Below, in pieces: positions 1 through 6,804 of a DNA stretch of 32,000 bases (position 1 is its first letter; the number at the start of each line of letters is the position of its first letter). A program made the position numbers and the translations under genes. The DNA comes from Methanosphaera stadtmanae DSM 3091 (lineage in GTDB: Archaea > Methanobacteriota > Methanobacteria > Methanobacteriales > Methanobacteriaceae). The DNA lies in the NCBI RefSeq assembly GCF_000012545.1, contig NC_007681.1, positions 90,001 to 122,000 of the forward strand, written 5' to 3'. The notes beneath the pieces are model-generated. The model worked only from the letters and a program-made list of their open reading frames with translations, was not told where the DNA came from and did not search any database.

Positions 1-563
1 TATGCACTATCTAAGTTAAGATCATGAAGTTTCTTATTTAAATCAGGATTTTGATCTAAAAATGTTTTTATATCGTTATATACTTGATTTAACTCTGTTG
101 ATGACTGTGCATTGTCAGAACTTGCTTGATTTATCGTATTTTGTGCATCAAGAGCAGTTTTTTCTCCTTTAACATATTGTGATAATGCATTTAAGAGTGT
201 TACTGTAGCATTAAGATTTTTAGATTCTAGTTGAACTCTCTTCATTTGTAAGTCAATGTATTGTTTTTCAGTGTCATTATTGGTATTTGTCTTAGTTTCA
301 TTAAGACGTAATAATTCTTCTGAATATTTTGGTGTTATTTGATTGTTTATTGTATGTATTAATGTATCTGCATCAGTACTATTTTGTTGATTGATTTGAT
401 TTGTTGTACTTGCTATTTCTGTTTCAACAGCACTTGCATTTTGCAAGGTTTTATTGAAGTTTTCAGATAATAAAGTACTTTGATATGATTCATATTGTGG
501 TATTGCTATGATTAAAGCAACTAAAATTACTGCAATAATACCAATAATCATCTTTTTGTTCAT
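1..563 (-). CDS. Hypothetical membrane-anchored protein, 5' part only (C-terminus lies beyond the window start)
   Basis: Not in the ORF track because no stop falls inside the window. I checked that the minus-strand frame is open from ATG (563-561) to position 3 (187 codons). GGTGA Shine-Dalgarno-like motif (rc of 568-573) sits 5 nt upstream. N-terminus MNKKMIIGIIAVILVALIIAIPQY is a signal-anchor/TM helix. It is followed by an N/Q/T-rich helical region with several N-x-S/T sequons (NKT, NAS, NST, NET, NAT). Confidence 0.6.
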   Translation of the reverse strand, partial: MNKKMIIGIIAVILVALIIAIPQYESYQSTLLSENFNKTLQNASAVETEIASTTNQINQQNSTDADTLIHTINNQITPKYSEELLRLNETKTNTNNDTEKQYIDLQMKRVQLESKNLNATVTLLNALSQYVKGEKTALDAQNTINQASSDNAQSSTELNQVYNDIKTFLDQNPDLNKKLHDLNLDSA

Positions 564-826
564 TATCTCACCTTTTATTATTTTATTTTTTATATTTGTT
601 TATTATAACTTAACTAATTATAGTATAATATTATTATTTTTAAAAAGTTTTTTTCTAAAGTTTTATTAATTGTGAAGTTAATAGTATAATTATATTAATA
701 ATTGTATATTTAATTAGATAAGGGTAAATGTTTTTTAATTTTATTTTTTTTTTCTATAGATAATTAAATTGGATCAAATTTAAAAATAAGGTAACAAAAA
801 TTAACTTAAAATATTAAGGTGAAGTT

Positions 827-2029
827 ATGGACGATAATCAAGAGGATTCACGACTTGAAATGTCACAACAAAATAAACAAATAATACAACAAGTCTTTGA
901 ATTAGAATTAGATGGTCATAAAGATGCAAGAGAGTTATATAAAGAAGAAATAGCAGGATTTTTAATTAAAACAGATGATGGATCCTATACTTTATCATCA
1001 GAAAAACGTTCTGATGGTATAGAGACATTACATAGTACTTTTGGTGCACGTACAGAGGCATTTGAAAAATTTGCAATTCCATCTAAACTTAAAGAAAAAG
1101 CAGAATCAAGAAAAATTATACGGGTTTTAGATATATGTAGTGGTATTGGATATAATGTATCAGCATTACTTGACTATTTAAATGATAGTGATGTTGTAAT
1201 AGAAGTTGATATGGTTGAATCCTCTTTAGAAACATTGGCAACTACCCTTTTTATTCCAGATATATGTAAATCCCATGGTTTTGTTAAGAAAACAATAGAA
1301 CTTTACTTAATAGAAAATGGTTATCTACAGTATAATAAAGTTCTAAGTGACATTCCCTCAAATATTAAATTAAATATTCATGTCTGTGATGCACGTGATT
1401 TTTTAAAAGAAAATGCAAATAAAGAGTATGATGCAGTATTTTTAGATCCATTTAGTCCAGCTAAATGTCCGGAATTATATACTGTTGATTTTTTCAATAA
1501 ATTAAAAGAATTCTTAACAACAACTTCTCTTATATTAACATATACAGCTGCAAGTGCAGTTAGAAGTGCTATGATTAAGGTAGGTTTACATGTTGGTGAA
1601 GGTCCACAGTTTCATAGAAGTGGTGGAACAATAGCTTCAAAATGTTTTGACTTGTTAGATAAACCCTTAGCATTTGGTGATGAGAAGGTTATAGCTTTAA
1701 GTGATGTTGGAGTTCCATATATGGATCCTGATTTATCTGATGATTATAACACAATAATTGCAAGAAGACAATCTATACGTAGTAAGATTAGAGGAGTATC
1801 TGTATTTCCATCTTCAAGTAAACTTCCACGTTATCTTGGAATTGATCCTATGGAGATTGAAGATGAAACATTACGTGATAAATTAAATGGTTATGTTCAA
1901 AATATGGGATTTGAAGCATTAAATGATCCAAGAATTTTAAGTATGTTGGATATAGATAGAAATGCACCTAGTAAGAATCAGGTTCTTGAATTAGAGCAGA
2001 ATATGGAATATATATTAAATTCAATATAG
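827..2029 (+). CDS. SAM-dependent methyltransferase, MnmC2-like (DUF752 / tRNA U34 aminomethyl methyltransferase-like domain) with a roughly 150-aa C-terminal extension
   Basis: AAGGTGA RBS sits just upstream of the ATG. Motif I is VLDICSGIGYNV. The stretch DAVFLDPFSPAKCPELYTVDFFNKL closely resembles the D-x-W-FLDGF-x-P-x-KNPxxW signature of the MnmC methyltransferase domain. The upstream TDDGSYTL...LHSTFGA segment is also MnmC-like. Confidence 0.7.
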   Translation: MDDNQEDSRLEMSQQNKQIIQQVFELELDGHKDARELYKEEIAGFLIKTDDGSYTLSSEKRSDGIETLHSTFGARTEAFEKFAIPSKLKEKAESRKIIRVLDICSGIGYNVSALLDYLNDSDVVIEVDMVESSLETLATTLFIPDICKSHGFVKKTIELYLIENGYLQYNKVLSDIPSNIKLNIHVCDARDFLKENANKEYDAVFLDPFSPAKCPELYTVDFFNKLKEFLTTTSLILTYTAASAVRSAMIKVGLHVGEGPQFHRSGGTIASKCFDLLDKPLAFGDEKVIALSDVGVPYMDPDLSDDYNTIIARRQSIRSKIRGVSVFPSSSKLPRYLGIDPMEIEDETLRDKLNGYVQNMGFEALNDPRILSMLDIDRNAPSKNQVLELEQNMEYILNSI

Positions 2030-2053
2030 TTAGGTAATATTATACTACCTAAC
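2029..2053. terminator. Shared hairpin between convergent genes (8-bp stem GTTAGGTA / TACCTAAC, 9-nt loop)
   Basis: Perfect inverted repeat 2029-2036 / 2046-2053. The arms overlap the TAG stop of the + gene (2027-2029) and the TAG stop of the - gene (rc of 2049-2051). Confidence 0.4.
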
Positions 2054-2594
2054 AATAATTATTATATTGACTATACTTGTTTCTATTTTTATTAGATCTT
2101 TCTATGTTAATAGCACTAACTTCTCCAATGATGTGTATATTTATATTCCATATTGGATTGTTTTTTTGGATAGGAATTGCTAGTATATCTTGTATTTTAC
2201 TTTTTAATTCTTTTTCTAGTTTTTCTTTTCTATGGGGTATGTATGAATCAACATGGCATGTTATGTTAAATGTGTCATGGTATGTTATTTTATGTCTTAT
2301 TTTTCTAAGTATTGTGGATGTAATGTAGTTTGTATTGTTTATAACACATTCTACTGGAACTATTGTTTCAAGTGTTTTTATATTTTCATTTTCTATTTCT
2401 TTTATTAATTCTTGTGGCTTTGGATATTCTAAGAAGAATATGTATGGATTTTCTGATTCTTTAAGAAAATAATCTTCTTTTTTATTGTTTATATTTTTTT
2501 CAAATTGATAAATCATTTCATCTAGTTGTTTGGCATTTTCAGTTTCATTGAATTTTATTAATAACTCTGGTTTATTTGTTTTATGTATTGACAT
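2049..2594 (-). CDS. Probable stand-alone THUMP-domain RNA-binding protein
   Basis: 181-aa ORF. The pattern ETIVPVECV...TFNITCHV...KEKLEKELKSKIQDIL...NPIWNINIHIIGEVSAINI resembles the THUMP fold layout (xxIxPVE, F-x-V core, 'NPD..i.i.i.g....i' tail). This is recognised from memory only. Confidence 0.45.
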   Translation of the reverse strand: MSIHKTNKPELLIKFNETENAKQLDEMIYQFEKNINNKKEDYFLKESENPYIFFLEYPKPQELIKEIENENIKTLETIVPVECVINNTNYITSTILRKIRHKITYHDTFNITCHVDSYIPHRKEKLEKELKSKIQDILAIPIQKNNPIWNINIHIIGEVSAINIERSNKNRNKYSQYNNYC

Positions 2595-2720
2595 AACAGT
2601 GGACTTTCACTCCATATTTATATACAATGTATATAATTTTTATAATTTTATTTTATATTTTATAATATATAATATTTTTTATTATAAAATTTATATATTA
2701 GGATGTAGTTATATATTATT

Positions 2721-3128
2721 ATGAATGAAAGGGGACAAATAACAATAGAATTTATGGTGGTTTTTATATTGTTACTTGGTATATTTTTGACAGTATTATC
2801 CATTACAAATGAAGAATTAGATAGTATAAATCAGACACAAAAAAGAAAACAGGCAAGAATGGTCTCTGATGATATAGCAAGTGTTATTAATCAAGTCTAT
2901 ATTCAAGGATCAGGTTATTCAAAAACATATACATTACCTTCTAAAATAAATCAAGAAACATACATAGTTCAAATAAATAAAACTGGTGTTTATATAAATA
3001 GTCATTATCAAATAACAAAAAGTCATTATATTCCAAAAAAGAACATAATACAAAAAAACTATATTTTACTACCAAACAATACATATGTATTTAAAAATAA
3101 TAACAATATAATAGAAGTAGTATCATAA
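2721..3128 (+). CDS. Class III signal peptide (archaeal type IV prepilin-like) protein
   Basis: N-terminus MNERG|QITIEFMVVFILLLGIFLTVL has a short basic leader, Gly at -1, Gln at +1, Glu at +5 and a hydrophobic helix. This is the DUF361/EppA-type prepilin motif. The mature part is N/Q/T/Y-rich with N-x-S/T sequons (NQT, NKT, NNT). Confidence 0.75.
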   Translation: MNERGQITIEFMVVFILLLGIFLTVLSITNEELDSINQTQKRKQARMVSDDIASVINQVYIQGSGYSKTYTLPSKINQETYIVQINKTGVYINSHYQITKSHYIPKKNIIQKNYILLPNNTYVFKNNNNIIEVVS

Positions 3129-3175
3129 TACTATAAAATTCTATTTATTAAAAGTAAAATAATGATAATATTATT

Positions 3176-3646
3176 ATGAATAATAAAGGACAACTTACAA
3201 TAGAATACATTATCTTGTGTAGCATATTGTTAATTACATTAGTACTTACAATAAACACAATCACAAATGAAGTAGAAAAAAACACAATACTATCAGCAGC
3301 ACAAATAGGAGCACAAAATGGAATAAATAAAAATGGATATGCCACATACTACAACGATACATTCAACAACTACAATCAACATCATCCACAACTTTTAACA
3401 CCAACAACAATAAAAATAATCAACATAACATTAGATGAGAAAAATAAAACAATATTCATACAAACTACTGTAACTACTAAAACAACACTAGATACACAAG
3501 AAAAAAACATCATGGGTTCACGTATAAACTACTACATAAGAAAAAGTATAACAGATACATTTGGAAAAAATCCAACAAACATATATTATGATCCAGCAAA
3601 ATCAGAAAACTACATAATAAAAACACAACCAGTAATATGGAAATAA
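3176..3646 (+). CDS. Class III signal peptide (archaeal type IV prepilin-like) protein, second copy
   Basis: N-terminus MNNKG|QLTIEYIILCSILLITLVLT has the same prepilin architecture. The mature part is T/N-rich with sequons NDT, NIT and NKT. Confidence 0.75.
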   Translation: MNNKGQLTIEYIILCSILLITLVLTINTITNEVEKNTILSAAQIGAQNGINKNGYATYYNDTFNNYNQHHPQLLTPTTIKIINITLDEKNKTIFIQTTVTTKTTLDTQEKNIMGSRINYYIRKSITDTFGKNPTNIYYDPAKSENYIIKTQPVIWK

Positions 3647-3730
3647 TATATAAATTATCAAAGTGGGATTAGTCAAGTATAATACCTAGAAATAAAACTA
3701 AAATAATCTTGTTTGAAAAAAATAGAAAAA

Positions 3731-4684
3731 TTAGATAATAGCACCTTTACTTACATATGCTATTATAATACCAAGTAAACCAAAAAATATTCCAATACTC
3801 CAAATTATATAAACAACTTGTTTTTCCTTCATTGGCCTTTTAAGAATGTATCTTATAAGTGAATTAAAACCACCACTTGGAGCTACAAGCTCACCATTCT
3901 CTTTAACCTCTGTTGGCTTAAAATTTTGACGTTCCATAACACCAACACTTCTAAATTTAAGAAAACCATCAATAATATTGGGAATAAGAACAATAAATGC
4001 AATGATTTTTACTCTTCCAATAAATGCAATAATTGCAATACATGCACCAATTATTAATGTTCCAACATCACCTGGAAATACATTAGCAGGATATTTATTG
4101 TAGAATAAAAAAGCAAGTAATGCACCTAACATTGAAAATGATATGATAGCTACATCATATTTATTCATAATAATACAAGATAATGTTAATGAAGTCATAG
4201 CAATAACACCAAGTCCTGTTTCAATACCATTAAATCCAGCTAACATATTTGTTAGATTGGAAGCAATAGATACAGCAATTGGGATGAATATCATGTAAAT
4301 AATGCCTACATTTGGTGGAGTAACCCACATAATAGGTAATCCTGCAATCCAAAGAAGTAATAATTTTTCCTTTGAAGATAACATTATCAAGTCATCAACC
4401 ATACCAATAATACCAGTAAGAAGTATTACAATGAGTGTTATTGTAAGTTGTGACTGCCATTGAGGATAGAGATATACTCCAACCATTATAGCAATTGCAA
4501 ATCCAAGTATGATTCCTATTCCACCCATCTCTGCAACTTCAGGCTTACTTAACTTATGTATATCTCTTCCAACAATATCTGCCTTTTTAAGTCGTTTAAT
4601 TAAATGGGGCATAACAGTAAATGTTATTATAAACGATATAAATCCACAAATACCAGATGTTAATAGGAGTTGTCCAGTATTCAC
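3731..4684 (-). CDS. Polyprenyl-phosphate sugar-1-phosphate transferase, MraY/WecA/AglH family (Pfam Glycos_transf_4-type integral membrane enzyme)
   Basis: About 10 predicted TM helices. Family motifs are MVDDLIML, NLTNMLAGFNGIETG and FPGDVGTLIIG. It starts with GTG (rc of 4682-4684) directly abutting the TAA stop of the upstream gene (rc of 4685-4687). Confidence 0.85.
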   Translation of the reverse strand: MNTGQLLLTSGICGFISFIITFTVMPHLIKRLKKADIVGRDIHKLSKPEVAEMGGIGIILGFAIAIMVGVYLYPQWQSQLTITLIVILLTGIIGMVDDLIMLSSKEKLLLLWIAGLPIMWVTPPNVGIIYMIFIPIAVSIASNLTNMLAGFNGIETGLGVIAMTSLTLSCIIMNKYDVAIISFSMLGALLAFLFYNKYPANVFPGDVGTLIIGACIAIIAFIGRVKIIAFIVLIPNIIDGFLKFRSVGVMERQNFKPTEVKENGELVAPSGGFNSLIRYILKRPMKEKQVVYIIWSIGIFFGLLGIIIAYVSKGAII

Positions 4685-5182
4685 TTAGTACACTCCCGTC
4701 TGTTTAGAATTAATTAATTTTTTTTCTTTTTTTAAGATATAGTAAACAGTTCTAATTGGTATATCAAGCATTCGTGAAATGATTTTTACTGGTGTTCCCT
4801 TATTTTTAAGTTCAACAATTTGATTTCTTGTATCTTGAGAATACTTAGATTTGGGACCTTGTTTTAATTTCTTATTTTTAAGATAGTAAACTGTTTTCTG
4901 GCTAATATGTAATCTTTTAGCAATTGCTTTAGGATTAAAACCTGAATTTAACATTTCATCAATTGTATCTCTTATTCCTTCATCATATTTCTGTGGACGA
5001 CCTCTTTGTTCAATAATGGAAATTGTAATTCCTAATTCATTTAATGCATCAAGGTATGTTTGTGATGTTCTTTCATATAAACTTTGAGGACATTCTATTG
5101 TTTCAAGGTCAGGGTTTTCATCTAATAATTCAATAATTAATCTTGAGGATAAGGGTTTGTTTACATGTATTTTTGAACTCAA
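4685..5182 (-). CDS. DNA-binding protein with two tandem resolvase/transposase-type helix-turn-helix modules
   Basis: Internal repeat: ...NPKAIAKRLHISQKTVYYLKNKK... and ...PVKIISRMLDIPIRTVYYILKKEKK.... A GGTGG RBS lies in the 14-nt gap to the upstream gene. No catalytic recombinase domain is present. Confidence 0.6.
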   Translation of the reverse strand: MSSKIHVNKPLSSRLIIELLDENPDLETIECPQSLYERTSQTYLDALNELGITISIIEQRGRPQKYDEGIRDTIDEMLNSGFNPKAIAKRLHISQKTVYYLKNKKLKQGPKSKYSQDTRNQIVELKNKGTPVKIISRMLDIPIRTVYYILKKEKKLINSKQTGVY

Positions 5183-5196
5183 AATACCACCACTCT

Positions 5197-6804
5197 TTAT
5201 TTATTTATTATTTCTAAGAATTTTTTTGCTTTATTAGTTGATGGTTTTTCTATTTTTTGCAGTGCTGCTTTTTCTTTTGCAGCTTCATCTTTATCTACAT
5301 ATAAAAGGTCAGCAGCTTTATTTAATGAAATATTAGACTTACTATTTAATGCAATAGCACCATAAGCTGCATGATTTGATTTAAGATGTAGTTTTTTACG
5401 TTTTGTTTCAAGATCTAATTTATATTGGATTGTTTCCTTCATATTCGGGATTGTATCAATATTTTCTCCACTATCTTGTAATAATTCTATTACATCCTTT
5501 GGAAATATATTTTCAAATACTTTTATTTGATTAGAATCTAATGTTGGTCTAAGGTTAGGAAATGGTCCAGAATAGTTATTACGTCTATTTTCAGATGTTG
5601 TTAAGTAATATTTAAAAATATCCCATAGTATTAGTATAAATGGTGTTTCTATGTAGTAATGTTTTTTAATTTCTGATTCTTTATTCAGATCTTCTTTTAA
5701 TTCTCTATCTAATTTGTGATCCTTCGTAATAAGATTTACTTTTCGAAGTTTAACGTATGTTAATTCTTCTTCTAATTCAATACGTTCTTCTGCTTCTCTT
5801 GCAAGTCTTCCAGCATCTTTTCTAGCTTCATTAAGTACACTGTTGTAAGTGTCTATCTTTTTCATATTATGAATATGTTTGGGTATAATCTCATCTATCT
5901 TCTTACTAACAATATTTTCTGAATAATGAAGATATGCTATTGCTAGGGCATTTTGAACATATTTATCATTTATTAATGATGGTTTTTTATGATGGAATTG
6001 AAGTAATTCAATACGTACATTTGGTCCATAACGTTTACGTAATTCTAATTCATAGTTTGATTCATCAGCATAATCAATATTCATCTTTCTGCTAACCCAT
6101 TTACCAGTATTTTCATCTTTTATTTTAGCAATTACAGTTATACTTTTTACACGTCCTCTTTTTTCTTGTTTCATAATCTTAATTATTTTACGATATGCTT
6201 CAAGACTATAATTTGTTAATTGGGAACGTTTTAGGAGGTATTCTCCTCCTAATGGTAGGTATTTAATTAATTCTAATCTACAAATTCCACTCATATCTGA
6301 ATCAAATTTAAATTCAGAACTTCCACATTCACACTTACAACTTTCTACTTCATTCTCATCATATACTAGAATATCTTCAAGTGTTTTTTTCTTATATTTT
6401 TGACCACATTTTTTACATTCAAGTTCAACATATTCTTCTAAGTGACCTATTGCTATTTTATGAGAAGCAATAGCAGATTTTACCTGATCAAGAATATTTT
6501 TCTTATTTGATGCTTTTATACGGAAGTATTGTGCATGTCTAGATTGATCATGTACATCATCAGGGATAATTTCAGGATTACTAGAATTTCCTCCTTTACT
6601 ATAACGTTTTAAAGCACTATATGGTGAAGTAAATCCTCTGATTTCCATTTTATTACGAATATTTTGTAATTGTTTTAAGTTACTATTAAGGTAGCTATAT
6701 ATTTTTATGAAACTATCAAAATCTTCAATACTTTCAGCAATAACAGGTTTACTTTGTATTGTTTTAAGAAACTTCTCACTTTGTGTCACTAAGATGTCGC
6801 TCAT
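5197..6804 (-). CDS. Conserved-looking hypothetical protein with an internal Zn-ribbon (possibly the archaeal DUF530 family, from memory)
   Basis: 535-aa ORF whose ATG overlaps the metG stop (ATGA at 6801-6804). It has a Cys cluster C130-x2-C133 ... C156-x-C158-x-C160 (ECKKCGQKY...SCKCECGSSEF; nt about 6325-6417). The central part is long and charged or coiled. I recognise no catalytic motif. Confidence 0.7.
   Translation of the reverse strand: MSDILVTQSEKFLKTIQSKPVIAESIEDFDSFIKIYSYLNSNLKQLQNIRNKMEIRGFTSPYSALKRYSKGGNSSNPEIIPDDVHDQSRHAQYFRIKASNKKNILDQVKSAIASHKIAIGHLEEYVELECKKCGQKYKKKTLEDILVYDENEVESCKCECGSSEFKFDSDMSGICRLELIKYLPLGGEYLLKRSQLTNYSLEAYRKIIKIMKQEKRGRVKSITVIAKIKDENTGKWVSRKMNIDYADESNYELELRKRYGPNVRIELLQFHHKKPSLINDKYVQNALAIAYLHYSENIVSKKIDEIIPKHIHNMKKIDTYNSVLNEARKDAGRLAREAEERIELEEELTYVKLRKVNLITKDHKLDRELKEDLNKESEIKKHYYIETPFILILWDIFKYYLTTSENRRNNYSGPFPNLRPTLDSNQIKVFENIFPKDVIELLQDSGENIDTIPNMKETIQYKLDLETKRKKLHLKSNHAAYGAIALNSKSNISLNKAADLLYVDKDEAAKEKAALQKIEKPSTNKAKKFLEIINK

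Noticed and set aside
4685-5182. I considered whether the resolvase/transposase-type HTH protein is an IS-element remnant.
   Set aside because: It has no catalytic domain and no flanking inverted or direct repeats. It is translationally coupled (0-nt and 14-nt junctions) inside a housekeeping operon. It is better interpreted as a domesticated DNA-binding protein and is listed as a low-interest finding instead.
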